DNA of 26,180 bases from a virus (lineage: Duplodnaviria > Caudoviricetes), in the IMG/VR virus record IMGVR_UViG_3300030395_000077, positions 1 to 26,180 of that record; one strand, written 5' to 3'. Under the pieces are notes generated by a model. That model was given only the letters and a program-made list of their open reading frames with translations, did not search any database and was not told the DNA's origin. Shown here piece after piece: positions 6,568 to 15,500 of the stretch; position 1 is the stretch's first letter, and each line of letters begins with the position of its first letter. The translations under genes were made by a program, and so were the position numbers.

Positions 6568-7974
6568 TTGGGAAATGCGAATGCGAGGCCAGTTACCACG
6601 CTTATGGATGAGTTGTATAACTGGACGGGAGAGTACAAGCCGTTTCAACACCAAAAGAAAACAGCAACTTTCTTAACTGAAAATAAAAAAGGTTTTTGCT
6701 TTAACGAACAAGGCACAGGAAAAACTGCCAGTGCTATCTGGGCGGCAGATTTTTTAATGGAACAAAACATACTGCATAGGGTGCTAGTAATATGCCCCCT
6801 GTCAATCATGGACAGTGCATGGCAAGAAGACATACAAACCTTTGCGCCGCACAGAACATCAGACATAGCACACGGAGAGAAGTCTAAGAGAGAAAAAGTA
6901 CTGTTCAGCAGTACGCACTTCGTAATGATAAACTATGACGGTGTAAAAATCGTAGAGGACTCTATAAAGAAAGCAGGGTTCGACCTGATAATTGTAGATG
7001 AAGCCACACACTACAAGAACCCACAGTCACAGCGATGGAAAGTGTTGAATCGTATTGTCGAAAAGACAGGATGTGGTCTATGGATGATGACGGGTACACC
7101 CGCAGCGCAAAGTCCGTTAGATGCGTACGGATTAGCTAAACTTGTAAACCCTTTAAGCGTACCAAGGTTCTTCAGTGGGTTTAGGGATCAGGTAATGAAA
7201 CAAGTATCTAGGTTTACTTGGGTTCCAAAGCCATCCGCTGTAAATGTAGTTCATGCTGCCCTGCAACCCGCGATTCGGTTTACGAAAGAACAGTGTATGG
7301 ATCTACCCGATATGTTGTATACAAAACGTAGGGTGGCGTTAACTCCACAACAGAAGAAGTACTACGACAAACTAAAACGGGAGATGGTGCTAGAACTATC
7401 ACATGATAGCGTAACAGCAGTTAATGCTGCGGTAGCATTGAACAAACTCCTACAGATAAGTTCTGGTGCGGCATACACAGATGACGGCAGCGTAATAGCG
7501 TTCGACATAGACAATAGATATAAAGTTTTAAAAGAGGTCATAGACGAAACCGAACACAAAGTGCTTATCTTCGTACCTTTCAAACACACCATACAAATAC
7601 TAACTGACCGTCTACGCAAGGACGGTATAAACACAGAGATCATTCAGGGGGCCGTGAGTGCTACAAAACGTGCAGACACGTTTAAGAGATTTCAAGAAGA
7701 TAAGAACCCCCGGGCCTTGGTTATCCAACCACAGAGTGCTGCACATGGGGTAACTCTTACGGCTGCAAACACTGTGGTGTGGTGGTCGCCAACTCCTTCT
7801 CTGGAGACGTATGCACAGGCAAACGCTAGGGTACACCGAGCGGGCCAGAAAAACAGATGTACAGTTATTCAGTTAGAAGGCTCTGTGGCAGAACGCAGAA
7901 TGTACACACTATTAGATAAAAAGATAGACGTGCATTCGCAGATAATAAATCTTTATCAAGACCTACTTGACTAG
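6568..7974 (+). CDS. SNF2-family (SF2) helicase/ATPase
   Basis: Q-motif PFQHQ, Walker A NEQGTGKT, VICPLS, Walker B IIVDEA, motif III MTGTP, HGVTLTAA, motif VI QANARVHRAGQ. TTG start after AAGGAGA. Confidence 0.95.
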   Translation: MGNANARPVTTLMDELYNWTGEYKPFQHQKKTATFLTENKKGFCFNEQGTGKTASAIWAADFLMEQNILHRVLVICPLSIMDSAWQEDIQTFAPHRTSDIAHGEKSKREKVLFSSTHFVMINYDGVKIVEDSIKKAGFDLIIVDEATHYKNPQSQRWKVLNRIVEKTGCGLWMMTGTPAAQSPLDAYGLAKLVNPLSVPRFFSGFRDQVMKQVSRFTWVPKPSAVNVVHAALQPAIRFTKEQCMDLPDMLYTKRRVALTPQQKKYYDKLKREMVLELSHDSVTAVNAAVALNKLLQISSGAAYTDDGSVIAFDIDNRYKVLKEVIDETEHKVLIFVPFKHTIQILTDRLRKDGINTEIIQGAVSATKRADTFKRFQEDKNPRALVIQPQSAAHGVTLTAANTVVWWSPTPSLETYAQANARVHRAGQKNRCTVIQLEGSVAERRMYTLLDKKIDVHSQIINLYQDLLD

Positions 7975-7995
7975 TGCGCGTTTACTCACTATATC
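7967..7995 (+). promoter_or_regulatory. Putative sigma70-like promoter for the 8036-9358 genes
   Basis: TTGACT(7967-7972)-17 nt-TATATC(7990-7995) in one of the few intergenic gaps. Confidence 0.5.
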
Positions 7996-8035
7996 ACGTG
8001 TAGAGCAATAACAAGCGTATAATGGAGAATCAATC

Positions 8036-8431
8036 GTGAGTGTATCTATAGAGAGCTTAACTAGCGCATACTTAAACATTAGAGCGAAGCGATCAGAGCT
8101 TTCTGCTAAATTTAAGAAAGAGGACGCCGAACTTATAGAAGCGCAAACTCAACTCAAGTCAGCATTGCTTGACTACTGTGATGAACATGGTGTTGAGAGC
8201 GTTAGGACTGCCGAAGGCTTAGTATATAAAACAAGCAAGGAGAAATACTGGACGTACGACTGGGATCACTTCCATGCGTTTGTCTTAGAAAATAGAGTTC
8301 CCGAATTGCTTGATCGTAGGATAAATCAGTCCAACCTACGCGAATTTCTTGAAGACAACCCTGATAAACTACCAAAGGGTTTAAACAAATCTGTAGATGT
8401 GTCAGTAACAGTAAGGAAACCAAGCAAATGA
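8036..8431 (+). CDS. Conserved-looking phage replication-module protein (coiled coil + SVRTxxG + DWxxF motifs)
   Basis: GGAGA RBS and GTG start; pattern AYLNIR...VESVRTAEGLV...DWDHF...LLDRRI...LPKGL. Confidence 0.8.
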   Translation: MSVSIESLTSAYLNIRAKRSELSAKFKKEDAELIEAQTQLKSALLDYCDEHGVESVRTAEGLVYKTSKEKYWTYDWDHFHAFVLENRVPELLDRRINQSNLREFLEDNPDKLPKGLNKSVDVSVTVRKPSK

Positions 8432-8646
8432 CAGATAAAGTAGGATTTCAATCTATCACAAATAAATATGTTGATTCATCAACATTAGCAGAGTACTTTG
8501 GTGTTTCACCATCAACGGTACGAGGGTGGGTTAGAGATAGTAAAATACCTCGTAACTCGTATATCAAGGCGGGAAAAGAAACATACCGCTACAATCTAGC
8601 GTCCATAGAGGCGCACTTTATAGAAGGAGAACAAAATGGCGAATGA
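8428..8646 (+). CDS. Excisionase/MerR-like HTH DNA-binding protein
   Basis: LAEYFGVSPSTVRGWVRDSKIP...KAGKETYRY winged-HTH pattern. Confidence 0.85.
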   Translation: MTDKVGFQSITNKYVDSSTLAEYFGVSPSTVRGWVRDSKIPRNSYIKAGKETYRYNLASIEAHFIEGEQNGE

Positions 8647-9358
8647 GACATTTATCATCGCAAATGTAACTGCAATGTACCCGAAGATCGATAAGACATA
8701 TCGGTACGACGATAAAGCGGGTGAGAAAGGTGGTTGGGTCGAATGCAAACCCACCGATGCGGGCGCACAGTACAAGGTAAACTTTATCATGGAGCAGTCC
8801 GTAGCTGAAGACTTGTACACACGTATGGAGAAAATCTATGCGGGCAGTCGTAGACCAAACTGGCCTGAAGAACTAAAGGCTCCTGTTGATATATTTAGGG
8901 AGACCGATGAAGGCACTTGGGAAGGATCTGCTAATATCAAAGGTCAGTACAGTAACAGAGTTGTACCTGTGCCAGATCAGTTTGACTCTAATGCTAACTT
9001 ATTACCAGAAGGCTTTCAGCTTACTAGTGGTAGTACTGTTAATATTATGGTCGAGTTTGTACCCTACGCCATGACTAAAGAGAACTACGGTGTATCTTTA
9101 AGATTACGTCAGGTGCAGGTTGTTAAGCTTGCAGAACGTCAAGCGTACAATCCGTTTAAGAAAGTTGAGGGGGGTTTCGTAGCAGGTAATGAAACCACGC
9201 CATCCTTCGGCGCACTTCCAGAAATCGAAGACGAAATGGAAGACGTCAAGGAGCCAGAGAAGGTCGTGAAGATGAAGTCCAAGGAGAAGGCTACTACTCC
9301 TGCGACTGAAGAAGACCTTAGTGGATTAGTCAACAAATGGGGAACCAAGAAAAAATAG
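8636..9358 (+). CDS. ssb: Single-stranded DNA-binding protein (T7 gp2.5/DUF2815-like OB fold)
   Basis: AMYPKI..., LTSGSTVNI, GVSLRLRQVQVVKL, PF...EGGF, low-complexity charged tail; located in the replication module. Confidence 0.8.
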   Translation: MANETFIIANVTAMYPKIDKTYRYDDKAGEKGGWVECKPTDAGAQYKVNFIMEQSVAEDLYTRMEKIYAGSRRPNWPEELKAPVDIFRETDEGTWEGSANIKGQYSNRVVPVPDQFDSNANLLPEGFQLTSGSTVNIMVEFVPYAMTKENYGVSLRLRQVQVVKLAERQAYNPFKKVEGGFVAGNETTPSFGALPEIEDEMEDVKEPEKVVKMKSKEKATTPATEEDLSGLVNKWGTKKK

Positions 9359-9371
9359 ACTAACCACAACC

Positions 9372-9404
9372 ACGGTGGGCTTCGGGTGGGAGTCCACCGT
9401 TTTT
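9372..9404 (+). terminator. Intrinsic terminator after ssb
   Basis: ACGGTGGGCTTC/GGAGTCCACCGT stem (with G-U pairs) followed by TTTT. Confidence 0.75.
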
Positions 9405-9420
9405 ACCTGAAAGTAGCATA

Positions 9421-12198
9421 ATGAAAACGATAGACTTTTTAAAGTCAGTTTTGGGAGACAATGGACTATACTGTGCTTGGGGGTTTAAAGGAAACAAAAG
9501 AGTACAGCAGTTCTACAAAACTGTAGAAGAATTAGAGACCGCTGCGTATGAATACGACAGAGACGGTTACGATATATACTATGCACTAGCTACCTATAAA
9601 GAAGCGGGTGAGCAAAAAACACCGGAGATGGTGCTTGGTAGAGAACAAAGCAACGTACAAGAGATGCGTTCTTTCTTCCTAGATCTAGATTGTGGTGAGA
9701 AAAAAGACTATCCATCACAAGAAGCAGCAGTGGACGCATTACAAGAGTTCCTTGTAGAGACTTGTCTACCTGAGCCTATACTAGTCAACTCTGGCAACGG
9801 GGTACATGTGTATTGGCCTTTAGATAATCCTGTGTCCCGCGAGGAGTGGGAGCCAGTAGCTAACAAGCTCAAACGTGTCTGTAGGAGATTAGGACTTAGG
9901 GCCGATCCGGTCCGCACGTCCGATGCCGCTAGTATTCTACGCATACCCGCAACACATAACCACAAAAGCAATACACCTAAAGAAGTAATTGTATATGGAG
10001 ATGGTACTGAACTAACCTCTCTTGAAGTGTTCAGCAGTACGCTCGCGCCAGACGAAGAGGATAAAACGAACGAGGGTTATACGTTTGGTTCGACAGATGC
10101 GTTTGCTCCACACAGAAGCAATAAAGAATATCTATTTGAGACCATCATGCATAAAACTATGGACGGTGTGGGATGCAGTCAGCTAGGGTACATTGCATCG
10201 TATCAATCGCTTATTGATGAACCTCTATGGGTATCAGGGTTGTCCATAGCCAAACACTGCAAGGACGCAGAATATGCAGCAAAAGCTATATCTGATGAAC
10301 ACCCTGACTTCGATGAAGAGGTGCTGCAGAAGAAGCTTGAGGGTATCAGCCACAGACACACCTGTATAACTTTTGACGATAGACGACCAAATGTGTGTAA
10401 CGAATGTCCACATTGGGGTAAGATACGATCACCTTTAGATCTTGGAGAATATATAGCAGAGGCAGAGCCAGAGCCAGATATGCCCACGTACCCTGCCCCG
10501 TACTTCAGAGGTAAGAACGGTGGCGTATATAAAAGAGTACAAGATGCTGAAGGTAATCCAGAAGATTTAGAGATATACAAAAATGATCTCTTTATAACAA
10601 AACGGCTACATGATCCTGATCAGGGGGAGATAGCTGTATATAAACTGAAGCTGCCCAAAGATGGTGTGAGAGAGTTTAGCATACCGCTATCTTCTGTGTC
10701 GTCTACTGAGGAGTTTCGTAAGCACATGTCTGCACAAGGCGTAACAGCTATGGGAGCAGGATTAAAGTTATTGATGGAGTATTCTATGAGATGGGTTGAT
10801 GAACTACAGACACAAGGGCCAGCAGATAAGGCACACCAACAGTTTGGATGGACAGATGATACACTAGAGGAGTTCGTACTGGGCGACCGACTGGTGGTAG
10901 AAACAGATATAAAATTTAGTCCACCGTCTGCAAAAACTTCAGGATTAGTGAGTGCATTTGTTCCTGCAGGTACTGCTGATAGGCAGAAAGAACTGTTTAA
11001 CTTTTACAACCAAGACGGGTTTGAGTTGCACAGGTTTATTATTGGTATGGGTTTTGGCACTGCGCTGATGCCTATGACAGGTATAAATAGTATGTTGGTG
11101 CATTTGTTTGGTGGCACAGGGGTAGGTAAAACTACGGCTCAGATGATGGCGTTGTCTGTATGGGGTAATCCCGAACTTTTGATGAACCAGAGGGACGATA
11201 CCTACAACTCTATGATGAACCGTGGAGAGGTCTTGCACAACATACTCCTATCTATGGATGAGATGACAAACATAACAGGGCTAGAGTTCTCCAAGTTTGT
11301 GTATCAACTATCTGGTGGTAGGCAGAAGAACAGACTGACTGTTAGCGGAAATCAAGAAAGAACAAGGGGCAGACCTTGGGAGTTACTCAGTGTTTCGTCA
11401 GCTAACACAAGCGCATGGGAACTACTTAGACAAGGTAAGGCTGAACCCAAGGCAGAAATGCAGAGGCTACTAGAGATAGACGTGCCTAGCATGATCAAAC
11501 CCGACCCAAAGTTAAAGATCGTCACGGACGCTTTATTTGAAGATGTAAAGAAGAACTATGGGTGGTTTGCTGAAGATTACGTGCAGTGGGTAATAGCTAA
11601 CAAAGATACTGTGCGTGATTTGATGCAACAAGCTAGACAGAGAATAGACGAAGCGGCAGGGCTTACGTCTGAGAACAGGTTCTGGAGTGCAGGGTGTTCG
11701 GCATCTATGGTAGGGCTTCTTATAGCATCTAAGCTAGGTATTGTAGACTACCCTATGGATAAGCAGTTTGACTGGATTGTAGGTTTGCTACGAAAGCAGC
11801 GTAATACTGTAAATGATATAGGCGCGTCTGTAACTGAAACCATGAACGATTTTATTGCGGAACACTGGAGTAACATTCTACATATACGAAGTAGTCAGGA
11901 CAAAAGAACTGACGGTGTAGAAGAGATAGTCATACCTGACTTTAACCCAAGATCTTTGGTTGCACGGTACGAGACGGACAGAAGAAAGTTGTTTATACGT
12001 CCAACACCGTTACGCGAGTGGTGTGCCAAACAACAGCTAAATTATGCAGAACTTGTTAAGAGTCTGAAAGCAGACATGAACGCAAAAGCAAACGTGGTCG
12101 TGCGTTTTGGTAAAGGCACAAAGTTTGACATACCACCGTGCAAAGCACTTGAATTAGATTTTAGTATTGATGGCGCAAATGAACCAGAAAGTACTTAA
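9421..12198 (+). CDS. Primase-helicase: AEP (RepB-like) primase, Cys-rich middle domain, DUF927/P-loop helicase
   Basis: AEP motifs FLDLD, SGNGVHVYW, ILRIP.THNHK; Cys cluster GCSQL...HTC...CNECPH; QFGW; Walker A GGTGVGKTT; Walker B LSMDE; GGRQKNR. Confidence 0.9.
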   Translation: MKTIDFLKSVLGDNGLYCAWGFKGNKRVQQFYKTVEELETAAYEYDRDGYDIYYALATYKEAGEQKTPEMVLGREQSNVQEMRSFFLDLDCGEKKDYPSQEAAVDALQEFLVETCLPEPILVNSGNGVHVYWPLDNPVSREEWEPVANKLKRVCRRLGLRADPVRTSDAASILRIPATHNHKSNTPKEVIVYGDGTELTSLEVFSSTLAPDEEDKTNEGYTFGSTDAFAPHRSNKEYLFETIMHKTMDGVGCSQLGYIASYQSLIDEPLWVSGLSIAKHCKDAEYAAKAISDEHPDFDEEVLQKKLEGISHRHTCITFDDRRPNVCNECPHWGKIRSPLDLGEYIAEAEPEPDMPTYPAPYFRGKNGGVYKRVQDAEGNPEDLEIYKNDLFITKRLHDPDQGEIAVYKLKLPKDGVREFSIPLSSVSSTEEFRKHMSAQGVTAMGAGLKLLMEYSMRWVDELQTQGPADKAHQQFGWTDDTLEEFVLGDRLVVETDIKFSPPSAKTSGLVSAFVPAGTADRQKELFNFYNQDGFELHRFIIGMGFGTALMPMTGINSMLVHLFGGTGVGKTTAQMMALSVWGNPELLMNQRDDTYNSMMNRGEVLHNILLSMDEMTNITGLEFSKFVYQLSGGRQKNRLTVSGNQERTRGRPWELLSVSSANTSAWELLRQGKAEPKAEMQRLLEIDVPSMIKPDPKLKIVTDALFEDVKKNYGWFAEDYVQWVIANKDTVRDLMQQARQRIDEAAGLTSENRFWSAGCSASMVGLLIASKLGIVDYPMDKQFDWIVGLLRKQRNTVNDIGASVTETMNDFIAEHWSNILHIRSSQDKRTDGVEEIVIPDFNPRSLVARYETDRRKLFIRPTPLREWCAKQQLNYAELVKSLKADMNAKANVVVRFGKGTKFDIPPCKALELDFSIDGANEPEST

Positions 12199-12406
12199 AA
12201 TAGATGACTTGAACCCAGATGGCGTTGGTATAAGCGTCAACTGGGACGCTATGGAAGTAGGTTATTCTGTGTTTGTACCCTGCGTGAACACGGAAAAAGC
12301 GAAAGAACAAGCCAAAAATGTTGCAAAAATGAAATACTGGCAGATAGAAACGCGAGTTTTAGAAGAAGATGGTAAATTAGGCTTGCGTATTTGGAGAACC
12401 ACGTGA
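12167..12406 (+). CDS. Small hypothetical protein (WxxMEVGxSVFVP...GLRIWR), possibly DNA-binding; start may be 12170 or 12179
   Basis: Motif pattern seen in small phage proteins; overlaps the primase end and is the last + strand gene. Confidence 0.75.
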   Translation: MMAQMNQKVLKIDDLNPDGVGISVNWDAMEVGYSVFVPCVNTEKAKEQAKNVAKMKYWQIETRVLEEDGKLGLRIWRTT

Positions 12407-12475
12407 TATGGGTGAGACACACAGTATATAGTACTTCTCTTTAGAAATGACGCTATAGATTGTTCTCCCAACACT

Positions 12476-12503
12476 AGCCCCTACCAAGCGTAGGGGCTTT
12501 TTT
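12476..12503 (+). terminator. Intrinsic terminator at the convergence of the two gene blocks
   Basis: AGCCCCTAC-caagc-GTAGGGGCT 9-bp stem followed by a T run; abuts the stop codon of the minus-strand giant gene. Confidence 0.85.
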
Positions 12504-15500
12504 AATCAAAGATAGTAGGATCTCCGTACCTCTCGGCTTGCTCTACTAACATGTTTCTCAACCTTGGATTCAAGGTGAGGCCATTGTATGCCCCGGCTCG
12601 CTGCCGTATCCTACCACGTATAGACTTGTCTAGGTTATCTTGTAGGATCGGATACTGCGGGTAGCGTTGATTGTATTCTACTATCTTTTGCGCCGTCCTT
12701 TGCATTCCTTCCATATCCCCATCGAAGTACGCTCTAGCATACATGTTGTAGATTTGACGTCTTTTTCTTAGTATGGCCTTTTGTAGTCTCATTGTTTGTG
12801 AGTTTGTTGCCATCTGTGCGGAGTACGCTGCAGGGCTAAAACCAAAGAACTGAGCAACCAGATGTCCATCTGCAATATCTTGAACGATTGGCTTACCGTC
12901 CATAGTGTATGCACCACCCTCTCGTGCAAACCTAGCCGCCTTCTGCATATTCTTTATAGCTGCAGGAGATATGGTCTCTATACCACGTCTTAGTTTTTCC
13001 GTGTCTCCGTTAGCAGCGCCTTCTAATATTTGATTTAACCCACGTTCTGTATTTAAAGCTATACCTATGACAGGACCACCAAGTTGTTCCGCCATTCTAA
13101 ACAACAGAGGCCAATCCCTGTCCATCATGGAATCTCTATAGATTAATTCACTAAGTCCAACACGGGAAGCTATGTTGACACCTGTAAAGTAGTTTACGCC
13201 TCCTTTGTACACTCCTTCATGTAGGTAGGCACGTGCCATTGTCTTTGCATCGTCGTCTTCTCCGCCGGGGTCCATTCCCATAGCAGCCATAACCGTGTCT
13301 ATGACTGTTGTTGCTAACCCAAACCCGGGCATACCGTATACCCCTGCTAAGAGGCCAGATGTTCCATAGATACCCGCTAGTTGGTATAGTGCCAAACGTC
13401 TGTCTGCAGGAGATCCTTTTGTTATCTTCATAACCATCTCGGTAAGCATACCGATCATCGATACGCCGTATCGCTTATACATAAAGATGACCGCACCTAA
13501 GTTTCTCCTGCCAAGTTCAGGGGCAGCGGCAGCGGCTATACCACCGTTTGTAGTCTCTGTATCATAAACTGCATCTTGTGCTGCTTTGAGCAGTAGGTCA
13601 GGGTTAGCCCTTTGTTGTGGTGATAGTTTACTTAATGCCCCGCGATACGCGGCAAACAAAGCTGCTTCTCTGTTTATACGTTCTGTGTGGTGTTGGATAA
13701 ACCCAGAGAACTTATTAAACTTAGACCAGAAACCCCCCATCCTATCTACATCTAATATCTCATGATCGAGAGATCTTTTGAACTGCCCTAGATCTACGCC
13801 AGTATCTATGAACACTTGCAGCTCTTCCGGGGTTATACCCATTTTGTTGAGGATACGTCTCTGTACACGTGTCAGGTTTCTGGGGTTCACGTTACTTATT
13901 GAATATCCCGAACCTACCTCAGTCTCAATAGCTTGATTGTTAGCATCTGTGCCATACCCCATAATTGTACGAGTACCGCCACTATTTTTCATGAGAGACA
14001 TAGCACCTTTTATGCCTCCCATTGTAGTCCTAATTCCATACTTACCGCTAAGATATGGAAGGGTAACTAGCGGTATTTGCGTTAAGTTAACGAGACCACC
14101 TGATATGTTCATACCCAGTGTCATATTAAACCCAATACCTGTCAAAGCTCTGGAGGTCTTACTACGTTCAGGTATTGGACCATCTCTTACAGTGCTGCGT
14201 AAAGAGTTGAGTAGTTCGTTTTTGTCTATGCGGTTACCACCGCTCTCATTCATCTCTTTCTCAACTTTGCTAAGTGCTTGTTGCATCTTTGCTTTGTATT
14301 TTATGTTTACAGACTGCCGTATTAGAGACCTAGAGCGATCTGCGATAGCCTTCATAGAATCTTCGTTATAGCCCATACGTGCCTTGATAAGGTCACCACC
14401 TTTACGCATTCTAAACGACTGTAGGTAAGATGTCTCAGGTAGAGTTTTGAGTATGACGTTAGCTATCTCATCTTTTGTCTCAGCAGTTAGCTCACCGCTA
14501 CCCTCTAGTTTAGCCATTAACTCATTAACAAAAGACGCATTTGGCGCACGTCTCATAAAACTTGTAGCATCTAGTTCTTGTGTAGATTCTACAGCAAGCA
14601 TGTCATCTAGTGCATCTGCTTCAGACATCTGAGACATACCCTGAGTACGAGATTCAAGAGCAATTCTTGCGGGTGAACCTTCTGGGGCGTTCAGTATATT
14701 TTGTTTGGCATCTGCTACTATAGCTTCTCTGGCCCGATCCCTAGCCTGTTCTCCTTGGAACGAGTCTGAGTATCTTTCTATACGTCCTGTTACCGGGTCA
14801 ATAGCATTGAGAGACAGCCAGTAATCTCCACCGTCACGTTGTAATGGAGTATAAGGTTCTAACTTACCCTTTTTTATAAGGTTGGTGTAAAAAGTATCTC
14901 GTATAGCAGCCCTAGATTGTTCAGGTACACCAGATGCCTCTAGCCGTGTGTCTATGGCTCTAATCAGATCTTCTACCAAACCTTTAAACATGTTTTGAGA
15001 TTGATGATAAAGTCGTATAGGTTCACCTCTGTCTACACGCTGCAGTCTTTTGTAATCTTTTCGTATGATCTCGTACACTTTGTACATATCAGGAGAGTAC
15101 TTATCTCTAGCCTCTCGCTCTGAGAGTGCAGGATTTACTTGATAAGAAGTACCTATGTTATTTAAACGGTTCCATGCAGCTATATTCTTCTTACTAGATT
15201 TGTTAGCCCACTTAACAATTCCATCATTCACTTGGTTTACTTTGTCGTATCCTGACTGAAGTTCTCCACCAGATTGGTTCACTAGGTTGTTTATATCTGC
15301 CGCACTCGGGGCAAACTTCTCAGCCATACGTGTGACGTAATGTAGGGGAGTAGCCTTGAGTACCCAACCCTTCACCGTGCCTAACTTGTCCTGACTCCAG
15401 TCCTTGGGTGTTTGTTTTGTCAACTCTTCAAACTTATTATACGCTGTTTCATCAAACACAGGACTATTTGTTGTTGCATCTTGGAACAGTCGATCTACTG

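Noticed and set aside
8428-8646. Excisionase-like HTH as evidence of an integrated prophage
   Set aside because: No integrase, att site or host genes are in the window, so lifestyle cannot be determined.
8886-9074. Same-strand alternate-frame ORF inside ssb with a hydrophobic C-terminus
   Set aside because: It has no SD before its TTG start and overlaps the conserved SSB core, unlike the 17664..17876 case.
323-12474. Minus-strand ORFs opposite the replication genes (e.g. 4106..4636, 10203..10580)
   Set aside because: They are antisense shadows of well-supported genes, with Ser-rich composition and no RBS or motifs.
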